In this document: piece by piece, positions 1 through 11,488 of the stretch
Numbering within the stretch: position 1 is the first letter of the stretch
How the letters are laid out: each line of letters begins with the position of its first letter
Assembly (NCBI GenBank): GCA_036785375.1
Contig: JAWMAR010000361.1
Location: 806,001 to 870,000, forward strand
From: Leucoraja ocellata
Taxonomy: Eukaryota
Direction: 5' to 3'
Length of the DNA stretch: 64,000 bases
Made by a program: the position numbers and the translations under genes
Notes under the pieces: generated by a model
What the model was told of the DNA's origin: nothing
Databases searched by the model: none
Seen by the model: only the letters and a program-made list of their open reading frames with translations

Positions 1-742
1 TTAAGTATGCTAGTTAAGAACAAGTACATGCTGTACCTTCCTTCTGAAGTTATGTTCCATTGGCGTCAGTGGAAAAGTTTGAAGGAAGGTATTTCATTGT
101 ATTTCAAGACCAAAAGGCAGGTTGGAAGCACGGGGTGTGGATGGAATTTGTTTTTACCTCCCTCCGTAAACCATCTTCCAGCTCAAACAATCCTTGGTGT
201 CACAGGGATTCACTTGTACATCATTCATAGTGAATTGTTCAGAGGTTATAGAGTGATACATTGAGGAAACACATGTTTTAAGTGTGTTGGTCGGAGGGTA
301 CATTTTACCCTACGATGGGAAACTTGGCTTTCCTTGCGTCTTTTAATCTTATCGCTGTCTATTTATGAGTTTTTTTAAAAGCAGAGTGGAGGATGTTGAA
401 TAATCTATAAAAGAGAGACCTTTAGCAATCAATGTCACCCTCACATGCTTCCCTAATGTGCTGAGCAGACACCGCAGTGTAAAGCTTCCTCTGTTATACA
501 ATGAATGATAGTTTTGCTTGCTTGTGCCCACGGAGCTGAAAGTCAGGAGGATCGTAAAAGTAGAAACAGAGGTTGCAGTCAGATGATAGTTTTGGCACAA
601 GTATGAGTTTTCCATCCCATGAAAAAAGCATTTATTAGCATTAATGTTCTGGCATCCCTTCAACACCCACTGTTTAATTGAGTCAATTAGAGGCTTGCAA
701 ATGGCTCGATGTTTTTTTTGCATTGGTTGCAATAATACTCAC

Positions 743-874
743 CTAACAGTTTAGGTTGAGCACTACCCAGGAACACAGACTGGTCAACATCGTGACAGGA
801 GCTATAAGGCACAATGGGCGGAGGTTTTATTGAGATGTCACGACCACCTACATGATCGTATACCTCACCCAACT
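743..874 (-). CDS. Candidate internal exon (132 nt, phase 1-1), (E)LGEVYDHVGGRDISIKPPPIVPYSSCHDVDQSVFLGSAQPKLL
   Basis: Minus strand: acceptor CTTTTGACCTGTACACAACCCTGTAG|, donor TTAG|GTGAGT. Only one frame is open. Unique, non-repeat context. No homolog recognised. Confidence 0.45.
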
Positions 875-1250
875 CTACAGGGTTGTGTACAGGTCAAAAG
901 ACTGTTAATTTTGGTGACTGGAGTAGCGGTCAGTCAGAGAGATGAGGGTGCCAAGTAAATGGTTCATAAACTGTCTCACCGCCTGAATGATAGGCAAAGG
1001 CTACAGGTAGCAACTGCCCTGTCTACAACAGTTAATGCAATGACAATAAAACTCCAAATAAGCACTTTTCTTAGTGGTATATATAAGACATAAAAAGCTG
1101 GAATAACCACGAGTCAAGCATGACTTGGAAATAAATCATTCCTGTTTTTGATCCCAACACGAGTGTGTGTGGAGTCATCTTTATCTGTCGAATATGTGCT
1201 AGTTTTACCTATATTGTAAGTAGACACATATCAAAACATTGTGTATAGGC

Positions 1251-1895
1251 TGTGGCATTGGCAAATGATGCCGGGTTCAACAGTGACCACACCGACACTT
1301 CTAGTAGGGTGAACGCACGTAATATGTTTTATTTACAAAGACAAGTAACCGCAGGACCGCACGGGGGTATTGTACCTCGTTGTCAGGGCACGTGTGCGGT
1401 GGCGCTGGTGATCTCAGGGTTGTCCCTGTAGCTCAGTCCTGGTCTCACAGAAGGAGTTGTGGCAATTCTAGGCTTCTCCTTGTAATTTACCCATGCCTGA
1501 AAAGTGGTGCTGGTGGTCTCAGGCCCATCCTGGCGGCTCAGCTTTGGGCTTGAAGAGGCGATGCTGGCAGTCTATGGCTTATCTCTGTGGCTCAGTGTTT
1601 ACCTCTGTGTGGGGGTAGAGTCCCTTGTTGTACATAAGCTGGGAGAGGCACTGGGTGTCTCAGGCTGCACCAGCCACTCAGTCGTAGCCTCAGCAGATTC
1701 TCCGGCTGTCTAGGACTTCTTCCCTGGCTGGAATGCTCGGGTTATACAGGGAGTAGGCGGCTAACAAGGCTCAGGTGGACAAACCAATATTAGCTAATGG
1801 ACCCAGCCATGACCAATGTTGCTGAGGATTGGCCACTCCTGGCCTGTCAGCCAGTGGTAGGGACCAGAGCTGCCAAAAGAGGAGGCGCTGTCACA
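1251..1895 (-). mobile_element. Probable solo LTR (Gypsy-like)
   Basis: Termini TGTGGCA...TGTCACA (TG..CA, imperfect inverted repeat). Flanks AGGC/AGGT (4-bp TSD, 1 mismatch). Minus-strand AATAAA near 1328. Internal imperfect repeats. Confidence 0.5.
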
Positions 1896-2420
1896 AGGTC
1901 TACTCCAGTTCAGTATCAGGTCAGTGGTAACCCCTAGGATATTGATAGTGGGGGGTTCAGTGATGAGAATGCCATTGGATGTCAAGGGGTGTAAGATGGA
2001 TTTTCTGGTGTTAGATATCAACATTGCCAGCACTTGTGTGGGGAGAATGTTTCTCACCGGCTATCAGCTCAGGTCTGGTTATTGTCCAGGACTTGACTGT
2101 AGATTGCTTCATCATCTGAGGAGTGATCAGTGAACATGCCTACACCCGACTTTGCAATTAAAGGGAGGCCACTAAGCAGCTGAGAATGGTTTGCCCGGGA
2201 CACACGTCCGGGAGACTCCCGTGGCCCAGATAATTGAGCTCCATTCTACGCAACCATCTTCCTCTGTGCTGAAGATAGACACAAAATGCTGGAGTAACTC
2301 AGCGGGACAGGCAGCATCTTTGTGCTGGGTGAGTTTGCACCCCGTTAAGAGTTCACCCCCTGGTTTCCATTGACTCCAGCTTAGCCTGGGCTTTTTGATG
2401 CCAAACCCATGATCAAATGC
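1896..2420 (-). mobile_element. Old CR1/L2-clade LINE RT fragment
   Basis: ORF 1794..2057 contains PTINILGVT..LNW, typical of the LINE RT thumb region; degenerate. Confidence 0.5.
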
Positions 2421-2421
2421 T

Positions 2422-2960
2422 CAAGATAGACACAAAGTACTGGAGTAACTCAGTGGGTCAGGCAGCATCTGTGGAAAAAAAGGACTGGTGATGTTTTGGG
2501 TCGGGACCCTTCTTCAGACTGAAAGTGGAGGGGGTGAGGAGAAGAGAATACCAGTACAAATCAGGGCCAGTATCAGATGACCTCAGGCAAGGCATTTGGC
2601 CGGGAGGCTAGTTGGCTCGTGAAGGTGTGATCTCAAGAGGGATAAATTGTTGTGAACTGTGGAACTCGTTACATGACTAGGGTGGAGGAAGAGGGCAAGG
2701 GGGGGGGGGTCAGGAGGAAAGTGGAAAGGGGACTCCTAGTAAAAGTTACTTAAAATTAGAGAATTCAATATTCGTAATGCTGGGTTGTAAGCTATGAGGT
2801 GCTGATCCTCCAATTTGCTTGTGGCATCTCTCTGGCAATGGAGGATGCCCAGGACAGGAAGGTTAGTGTAGCAATGGGAAAGGGAGTTAAAATGCTTAGC
2901 AACCAGAAGATCCTGTAAGATCTGATTTGTCCTGGTCTTTCCTCACCTCCAGCTTCCTCG
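2422..2960 (-). mobile_element. Penelope-like element 3' end (GIY-YIG C-terminus plus 3' terminal repeat)
   Basis: Minus strand degenerate LGILHCQ..KLEDQHLI..NIEFSNF followed by the terminal repeat shared by many copies here. Confidence 0.75.
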
Positions 2961-3053
2961 CTCAGTTTTAAAACAGCAACAAAACATATTAACCCATTGC
3001 CACAATTGTCAGATTAGCCATCTTGCAAATATCTTCAAAAACAGTCCGAGTTA

Positions 3054-3549
3054 AGGGCCTGTCCACTTGGGTGACCTAATCCGCGAGTTCTGGCGAGTTT
3101 GCCCTCGACTCAGACTCGCAGCATGGTCGACACGAGGTGATAGGAGGTCTTCGTAACTCTCCTTCAGGCTCGAGAGTGGTCTCCGCGTACTCGAGGCCTC
3201 AGCTAGGTCGCGGCATTTTTTTCAATATGTTAAAAAATGCCCGCGAGTAAAAAAAGGTTGCCATGGAAAAAATCGATACTTTTTTTACTCATAGGTTTAG
3301 TCGCAGTAGGTCGTAGTAGGTCGGCATGTTAGTCATAGGTAATCGAGGGTAGTCGAAGGTAGTCATAGATAGTCTTCATCATGGTCTGAGGGAAGTCAAA
3401 GGAGGCCGTCTTCACTCTTCACTATTCGGTGTCCAATTTTCCCGAAGTTAGTCGTAGCTAGTCTTCAATATAGTCGAAGGAGGTCGAAGGAGGTCTTCTA
3501 CATGTCATTTTTTAAATTCTTCTAAACTCGCCCAAGTGGGACAGCCCCT
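3054..3549. mobile_element. PIF/Harbinger-type MITE
   Basis: TIRs AGGGCCTGTCC-ACTTGGG / CCCAAGTGGGACAGCCCCT; 3-bp TSD TTA at 3051-3053 and 3550-3552; CpG-rich internal GGTCGTAG-like repeats; no ORF. Confidence 0.8.
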
Positions 3550-4974
3550 TTATTAAGAATTGATCATTTGAAAATTAAAATCATTATAAAATTAAAGCGC
3601 TTGTAAACAACAGAAAACTTTAATCAATTAAATAAATTTAAGTAAATTTAGTTATTAAAATCAAATATAAATGAATGAAACACCCCTCTCATTCCCTTCC
3701 AGAATTGACTTACCCGCTATCCATTCTCACTGTGATTGCGTAGAACATTGTGGACGGGAAGAGATTAAGTTGAAGACAAAAAATAGAACCAAGAATGTAA
3801 AATTATTATTTTTTTCATAAGGTTTGGTTCACCTCTAACTTTTTCGGAGCGATTTCCTCGTGCGTTCAAACATTTTCATATTTTGATCTTATTCAATAGC
3901 CAGGAACACATTAAAGAAAATTTAGGATTTGATTGGCCCCGCTGGAATTTCTTTGTTCAGCGTAAGGTTTTATTTATTTTGTACCAAGATGGAAATAAAC
4001 AAGAAGTAAAACACTCAAAATGGCTTTAAAATGCAAATTGGTGAGAGGCTTTTGAGATTGTTGCTGATTCCTGGGGACAATGGCAGTGGAGGCAGAGGTT
4101 CTGTGCTCTATTCATGACATCCAAAGACCCACATGCTTGAGTGGAAGGAACAAGCTCTGGGGATCAGTGTGGCATCAGCAGAGTACATGCACGGCATTGT
4201 TTGTATAGAGTGCGTGCTCTCAGCAGGGCGCCAGTGCCTCAAAACATTTGTTCGCCTTCCAAAAAAAACCAGAGACTACCACCACAATGCAAACTCATTT
4301 CCTCAAGAAAAAGAGAGGTTTACGGTGCATTGAAAATTCTGGACCGACACCAACTATTTGCCAGAGTATGTGAGAAAACCTTTGCAGCAATCCTTTATAT
4401 CATCCCAGGCTCACATTCACTGTTTGTTTGGAAAAGCCAGAATGTAAAATTGATATTTTTTGATAAATTGTTTTTGATAAATTGTCACCGTCCTCCTTCG
4501 CTACTTTCATGCGACCCTAAATGTTGAACACATTATGAAAATGTTTAATCCGTTTATTCTTCACTTTTTTTCCAATCCATCCTCGAGTTTGGCAAGACAG
4601 CACACACGAAATGCCTCGCTGCTGGTTAATTGTGATGGACAGAGCTGTATAGATTGATTCCAGATTTAGTTCTTGGTTTGTTTGGATCCTGAAATGTGTT
4701 GCTTACACAAATACACTGTTTGCCCACTGTGCTGTTCTTCAGTACAGCAGCACATCACTGTGGTGTCAGCAATGCTCAGCAATATGCTGTTGACAGGATG
4801 ACACTCCAATTATCTTCTCATGTTATAAGGGCGGTTCAACTCATCTTTGATCAGTATTCACTGAGGTCAAACTCAATTTATTTTTAAAATCTTTTTGTTG
4901 ATGTCGGCAAACAAATACGTACCAGCTCTGTAAAAGTTCAAAAGCACATTACATTTTAACATGAAATTTTGAAT

Positions 4975-5110
4975 TTGAGTTTAGTTCATTGTCACGTGTA
5001 ACAAGGAACAGTGCATGCGGAAAAACAATACATGATTACAATCAAGCCATCCACAGTGTACATATACATGATAATTGGAATAACATGAAAAACTTTTAGT
5101 GCAAGATAAA
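4975..5110 (-). mobile_element. Rex1/Babar-type LINE 3' UTR fragment
   Basis: Matches the 3' UTR that follows the Rex-type ORF at 33790-33950; similar pieces near 19600, 40760, 44965. Confidence 0.6.
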
Positions 5111-5309
5111 TTCTCATTCTCTTCAACATTCACAGTGTAAAGATATAATAATTATTTAATCACAGATGGAAATGCTTTTGTGATTTTTTTGTTCAGATTT
5201 TCCACCAATATTAATGCAAGTTGTGATTATTGGCAAAATGGGATGAGGATAAATTATTTATTTTCCACATTAGTTGTATATTTAATGTTACAATCATCAG
5301 TGATACATT

Positions 5310-5910
5310 CTAGAGAGACACAAAATGTTGGAATAACTCACCGGGACAGGAAGCATCTCTGCAGAGAAGGAATGAGAGATGTTTTAGGTCGAGATCCTTC
5401 TTCAGACTAAGAGTCAGGGGAGAAGGAGTCTAGAGATATGGAAGGGTAAGGTGTGTAAACAACTGATCAAAGCAGACATGATATGGAAAAGTAGGTAGTC
5501 ACAAAATACTGGAGTAACTCAGCGGGACAGGCAGCATCTCTGGAGAGAAGGAATTCCTTCTCTCCAGAGATGTTGCCTGTCCCACTGAGTTACTGCAGCA
5601 TTTTGTGTCTACCTTCGATTTAAACCAACATCTGCAGTTCTTTCCGACACATAAGGAAATGGAGAATGGTTTGTTGTTAGCCGAGAGGAAGGTGACAAAG
5701 TGGCATGCAATCAGTAAAATTAATCAGAAGGACAGTGAAACTAGTCGGAGAATAGGGTGGGGGAGGGACAAAGAGAGAGGGAAAGCAAGGGTTACTTGAA
5801 GTTAAAGAAATCATGCCACTGATGCACAAGCGACATATGAGGTGCTGTTCCTCCAAATTGTGTTGGACCTCACTCTGACAGTGGAGGAGGCCCAGGACAG
5901 AAATGTCAGT
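5310..5910 (-). mobile_element. Penelope-like element 3' end with nested fold-back unit (~5494-5652)
   Basis: ORF 5677..5976 DISVLGLLHCQSEVQHNLEEQHLICRL matches the PLE endonuclease C-terminus; terminal repeat present. Confidence 0.8.
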
Positions 5911-6559
5911 CAGCAGCTCCATTCTATTACATTTATGCAGCTTATCTAATTTATTTGAATTCCTCATCTTCTTCATTCATTTGTTTCAGGTGATTAGTTT
6001 CCTGCTATCCTCGTGCAATCGGTTCCAATTGGTCCTGTACTCAATATACGCAGTAAATCCCCACCTAATCAGGACAAAGAAAATTAATTTTGAACTGAAT
6101 TGAAACTTCAAATGGAATCACTCTGGCCTAGAGCAGTTTGAATTCAGTGCAGAAATTCTGACATTCCTTCATTCAGTTTAAAAACGATCATTTAATTGGT
6201 CCTGTGGAGGACTCGCATTTTTCAATTGAACAGGACATTTAAATGCTATTACTGGAAGTCTTCATGAGTTATCTAATGCTCATTGTTAAAACAAAATATA
6301 TTAATATAGCTTGATGATCTTAGAGTATCTCATGGGATCATAATTGAAATTCAGACTTAAAGCTAAAACACATGCAGGAGTCAGATTATGCATAATGAGT
6401 TAACAATTAACACTGTTACGCTAAGTAATAGCCTTATTACTTAGCCTTATTACTCTTGTCCAGTATTGAACTGTTCATGCCATCCATTAGTTGATTGTTG
6501 GCAGTTTGCCACAGTTTGCCAATTTCCCTTTTGACCCTAAGCCAGGACAGAACATGCTT

Positions 6560-6766
6560 GAGTTCAGTAACTTCATTCTTTCCCCATAGTCTCATCCACT
6601 CCTTACATGCTAGGGTCAATTTACAGAGGCCAATTAACCTACCAGCCTGCACGTATTTCAGATGTGGGTGGAATCCAGAGCACCTGGAGAAAACCCATGC
6701 GGTCACAAGGAAAACGTGCAAACTCCTAACAGACAGCACCCAAAGTCAGGATTGAACACGGGTCTC
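6560..6766 (-). mobile_element. V-SINE (HE1-like), head interrupted by the 6767 insertion
   Basis: V-domain (minus GAGTTTGCACGTTTTCCTTGTGACCGCATGGGTTTT) and B-box remnant. Confidence 0.75.
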
Positions 6767-7635
6767 CGGTAGGCGGCACGACTCTCGTCAGCAGCGGCCT
6801 CTGCAGCCCGTCCGCGTTTTTATTATTTTTTGTCTATGTTTCTATGTAGTTTTTGTTATTTTTTGTTGGGGTGTGTGTGTGGGGGGGTGGGGGTGGGGTG
6901 GGAGGGAGGGGGTAACTTTTAAATCTCTCCCTGCACGGGAGACCCGACCTTTTCTTGTCGGGTCTCCGTTGTCGTTGGGGCTGCAACGAGGAGCGGCCTC
7001 CAACAAGAGAAGACCGGGGACTCTGGTGCCGATGACTCACCGTCACCGTCGCGGAGCTGGCCGAGTCCGGAGCGGGTGGAGCGGTGGTGGAGCGCTGCTG
7101 CTGCTGCGGCCCGACCTCCGGAGATTCGGAGGCTGCTACTGCGGGTCTGCGGACGGCGGCACCGGGAGCCCGCGGGTCCCTGGTGGGGGACCGCTTTTCA
7201 GCGCTCCTGCAACGGCGACTTCTCCCGCCCGAGTTGCGGGGTCGAAGAGCTCCTGGAGCGGGGCCTGACATCACTGCCCCGCGCGGCTTGGAATGGCCGC
7301 GGGACTCTGCGAGCGCACGCCGGGGGCTCTAACACCAAGACCCGGTGTGCAACCTCGCACCACCCGGCGTGGCTTTAATGGCCGCGGGACAATCACCATC
7401 GCCAGCCGGGGGCTTCGACTTTGACTCTGACATCGGGGGGGGAGGGGGGGGGGGGGAGAGTGCAGTGGAGAGATAAGTTTTTTTGGCCTTCCAATGTGAT
7501 GGATGTTTATGTAAAATGTAAATTATGTTGTGTCTGGAGTCTATTTGTTTGTAATGTATGGCTGCAGAAACGGCATTTCGTTTGGACCTCAAGGGGTCCA
7601 AATGACAATTAAATTGACTCTTGACTCTCTCTCTT
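6767..7635 (+). mobile_element. GC-rich non-autonomous retroelement with Rex-type 3' tail
   Basis: 7-bp TSD GGGTCTC at 6760-6766 and 7636-7642; 3' end CATTTCG..ATGACAATTAAA then (TTGACTC)n; CpG-rich body; no tRNA head and no RT. Confidence 0.7.
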
Positions 7636-8068
7636 GGGTCTCACACGCTGGGTGGAAGTTCCACCAGCACTTTATTATGCTTTGCTCATATTTCCAACCA
7701 CTTCAGTTTCTTGTCTCATCAAACGGCAAGCATCTGATTAGTATAAATCAACAATATACCTTGCCGACATAATATCAAAACACTTTTGAAGTGGTTACCT
7801 TTGAGGGGGAATTCATCGCAGATTGACAAAGTTCAACAAATATTTTGAAGGCAGTTATTCAAGGAGAATGAGGTTAATTGGCGATTGTAAATTACCCGAG
7901 GCTGCAGATGAGTTTTAAGAGTTGCTATGAGTTGCAGATTTGGTGAAGAGTTGTGAGAATGGTGGGAGAAATGTAAAGGATGCTTGTTGGTTGGCGTAGA
8001 TACGGTGTACTGAAAGACCTACTTCAGATCTATATGACTCTAAGAGGACGATGGAACTCCTTATGGAG

Positions 8069-8243
8069 ATACAAGGAACTGCAGATGCTGATTTACAAAA
8101 AAAGACACAAAGTGTTGGAGTAAGGCAGCATCTCTGGAGAATATGGATCAGTGATATTTTGAGCCAGTCATCTCTTCTGGACCCAAAACGTCACCTATCC
8201 ACGTTCTCCAAAGATGCTGCCTGACTTGCTGAGTTACTCTAGT
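8069..8243. mobile_element. PLE-derived fold-back unit
   Basis: Inverted pair of PLE terminal repeats; GATGGAAC duplicated in the flanks. Confidence 0.7.
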
Positions 8244-8329
8244 ATGATGGAACACTCTGTGTCAATGGTGCTTTACAAGTACATTGAGTTATTTTATGCT
8301 AACATTAAAAGCATACATTATATGTAGAC

Positions 8330-8570
8330 TCTGTCTGTACGGAGTTTGTACGTTCTTCCCATGGCCAGGTGGGTTTCCCCCGAGATCTTTGGTTTCTGCC
8401 CACACTCCAAAGACATACAGGTTTGTAGGTTAATTGTCTTGGTATAAATGGAAATTGACCCTAGTGCGTGTGGGATAGTATTAATGTGCGCGGATCGCTG
8501 GTCGGTGCGGACTCGGTGGGCCGAAGGGCCTGTTTCTGTGTTGTTTCTCTAAATTAAACTAAACTGAATA
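8330..8570 (+). mobile_element. V-SINE (headless)
   Basis: CTGTACGGAGTTTGTACGTTC V-domain, CR1-type tail GGGCCGAAGGGCCTGTTTC and (AAACT)n. Confidence 0.8.
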
Positions 8571-8734
8571 TAGAAACCAGGGTTCAGGTGGAAGGGAATG
8601 CTGGCCCTGAAGCAAAGAAGAACCTACTTCGAGATGGGATGTCACCACCAACTGCAGCTGTTCCAGTGCTACTTGAGATCCATCATTCTCGGCGAGTCTG
8701 CAGAGAAAAAATCCAGCATCAACAGTGGAAAGTT

Positions 8735-9780
8735 GTCCCTCAGGTTCCTTTTAAATGTTTCTCCACTCACCTGAAACCTATGCCCTCAACCTGTTGTCTT
8801 CCGTATCCTGGAGGGAAATAACTCTGGATATTCAATGTATTTATGTATCGCATTATTTTATATGTCTCAACAGGCCTCCTACACTCTAGGGGAAAGAGAC
8901 CCAGGCTACCCAACCTCTCCTCACAGCTCAGACCCTCCAAATCCTGAAACATTTTCGTAAATCTTTCCAATCTTAATGCCATCTTTCTATTAGCAAGGGC
9001 AACCAGGATTGTACACACTTCTCCAAATATGGCCACAACAATGTCTTGTACAGCTGTAACATAACATCACATCTCCTGTGCCTAACATCAGGACCAATGA
9101 AGGTTAGCATGCCAAATGCCTGTCTACCTGTGTCACCATCTTCATGGAACTCTGTACCTACATCCCTCGGTCTCTCGGTTCTACAACACTCTCCACAGAC
9201 CTACCATTTTGTTATGCAAGTCCAGTCCGGATATAGAAACATAGAAAATAGGTGCAGGAGGAGGCCATTTGGCCCTTCGAGCCAGCACCGCCATTCATTG
9301 TGATCATGGCTGATCGTCCCCTATCAATAACCCGTGCCTGCCTTCTCCCCATATCCCTTGACTCCACTAGCCCTTGTCGTACCAAAATGCAACATCTCAC
9401 GTTTATCTGAATAAAACTCCATCTGCAATTAACCCTGTGGATGAAGATCATATTGTAATCATAGAGTAACCTCTTCATTTTCCATACCACCAATTTTAGT
9501 GCTATTCACAAACCTATAAATAGTGCAATTCACAAACCTGCTTTCATATTTAAATATAACTTACAAATAACAGTGAACTCAGCAGCAATCCTGTTGGTAC
9601 ACATGGCCTCCAGGAAGAGAAAACACCCTCTAACTTCACCCTTTGTTTCCAACCTCAAGGCAATTTTGTATCCACTTTGCTAGCTTGTCCTGTGATCTAA
9701 TCTTACACTCTAGGCTACCATGCTTGTCAAAGGCTTTGCTAAAGTCCATGTGGACCACACAGTCCTCATCAATATTATTG
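8735..9780 (-). mobile_element. Decayed CR1 LINE ORF2 with a younger CR1 3' tail inserted (~9232-9376)
   Basis: ORF 8767..9036 RFTKMFQDLEGLSCEERLGSLGLFPLE; insert ends in (TTTCTATG)n. Confidence 0.8.
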
Positions 9781-10372
9781 TTCAAATTGCAAGGGCCACA
9801 TATATTCAAAAAAAGTAAATAGGGACAAGATATGTGATATCTTCAAGACCCTCACACTCCATGTATACTGTTGTAGGTCGAGACCCTTCATCAGTCTGAA
9901 GAATGGTCTCGACCCGAAACATCACTCAGTCCTTCTCTCCAGAGTTGCTGTTTGTCCCGCTGAGTTACTCCAGCAATTTGTGTCTATCTTCGATTCAATC
10001 AAGCATCTGCAGTTCCTTCCTACACATGATAATGTAAGCCATAGCTGCAAGCACAATATGTACGTGTTGCACCATCTCATGAAATATCAGGGTTTTCCAT
10101 GCACATTGGGATCCATTGATAGTAGGCACAGCCTGACTGGGGCCTGCAAATCTTCTGTGATGAGGGCAATAGTGAGCTTCATTGTCTGTAAATGTACAAG
10201 GGCCATTTCTCGATGGGTCAGCAGATACACTGGAGTCACTCTACCCCACGGTCCTGAGCTTCCTCCAGCATGATTCCAAATCACAGGTTTGACGCCTATG
10301 ATGATGCTTTACTGCACGTTTTGTATATACTATTTGCTTATCAGCTCTGCTGTTAATGAGGCCAATACTCAC

Positions 10373-10384
10373 CGCGCTGCCGAG
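10373..10384 (-). CDS. Candidate 12-nt microexon CTCGGCAGCGCG
   Basis: Minus: pyrimidine-rich AG-free stretch, TTCCAAG| then |GTGAGT; frame-preserving; 3 CpGs in 12 nt. Confidence 0.3.
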
Positions 10385-10481
10385 CTTGGAATTTGTTTTT
10401 TTGTCATTGAAGTGAGGAATGAATATATACGGAAGAAAAGAACCAATGTTATTTTGTTCACGGAAATGTGCAAAAAGTCTA

Positions 10482-10662
10482 TGTGCAGGAAGGAACTGCA
10501 GGTGCTGGTTTACACCAATGATAGACACAAAATGCTGGAGTAACTTAGCGGGACAGGCAATATCTCTGGATAGAAGGAATGGGACCCGAAAAGTCACCCA
10601 TCCCTTCTCTCCAGAGATGCTGCCTGTCCCGCTGAGTTACTCCAGCATTTTGTGTCCATCTT
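10482..10662. mobile_element. PLE-derived fold-back unit
   Basis: Head-to-head terminal repeats (CACAAAATGCTGGAGTAAC...GTTACTCCAGCATTTTGTG). Confidence 0.8.
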
Positions 10663-10749
10663 CAAAGTACAAAGAGGATATTGCACTTAATGTTCACAGA
10701 TACCACAGAACAGTGGGAGAAAATGGTTGAGGAAAAACACTTTGAACTC

Positions 10750-11345
10750 ATTTTACAAGTCGAAGTGCAGAATGTAGGAACAGGGGTTGGAGGGTTGGGT
10801 GGGAAGAGTTCATGCTTGAATTGTATAGAACATTATTTTGGTGGTAACTAGAGTACTGCGCAGAACAGTACTCTACCACAACAGACAGTCTCTGATCGCA
10901 CGTCAAAGGTTATGGAGATGTTGCCAGGACTGAAGAATTATCTTGATGAGGAGAGACAGATTGGGCTGGGCTTGTTTCATCTTGAAACAAAGGAAACGGA
11001 ACTGGGTTTAATTGCGGTGTATATAGTTCGGAGAGGCCTGGAGAGGAAGAACAGGACGTAACCATTTCCTTTGATGGAGAGGTCAATAATTAAAGGACGT
11101 AGATTTTAGTTAATTAGAGAGAGTTGAAGGATTTTCTTTTGCCACTCAAAGAGTAGTGGAGTGTGGAATGGGTGGAGTAGGAAGAAATGTTTAAAAGTAA
11201 TCCGGAATAAGCTGTTGTAGACCGCAACGTACAAAGCTACAACTTAAGAACTAATTATAAGCAGTAAACTGAATATCTCCATTTGGCTGGCCTAAAAACG
11301 ATGGGCCGAATGGCCTCCCAAAGTGTCTTAAAGCTCTAAGGTTTT
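10750..11345 (+). mobile_element. Ancient CR1 LINE 3' fragment
   Basis: Highly degenerate LELYRTL..LEYC..MLPGL..ER..LGLF motifs and GGGCCGAATGGCCT tail. Confidence 0.55.
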
Positions 11346-11433
11346 ACTATTTCTATGATTCTATATGAGAAGCAGGGAGTAATTGAAGCAAGGAAAGGCA
11401 CGACAAAACAAAGAACAAGAACGAGAAACAGAC

Positions 11434-11488
11434 AGGAGTAATGTTCAAAGGCGGAGTTAAAGGACGAGGCAACGTTTGAGACAACTTT
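11434..11488 (-). CDS. Candidate small exon (55 nt; KVVSNVASSFNSAFEHYS in phase 0 or KLSQTLPRPLTPPLNITP in phase 2)
   Basis: Very long polypyrimidine tract upstream on the minus strand, first AG at CTTCAAG|; weak donor CCT|GTCTGT. Confidence 0.25.

Noticed and set aside
3714-3729. 16-nt minus-strand microexon (CACAG|...|GTAAGT)
   Set aside because: Good splice signals, but the only open phase (1 to 2) does not fit the neighbouring candidates; unsupported without RNA data.
4217-4238. CTCF-like motif CTCAGCAGGGCGCCAG
   Set aside because: Mismatch in the highly conserved GGC part of the core.
4923-4927. 5-nt minus-strand microexon (TTTTACAG|AGCTG|GTACGT)
   Set aside because: Too short to distinguish from chance; with the 16-nt candidate it gives 21 nt, but only in phase 2, which does not fit the 743-874 exon.
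6834-7378. Overlapping long ORFs on both strands
   Set aside because: Due to stop-codon scarcity in a GC-rich TSD-bounded repeat; low-complexity peptides.
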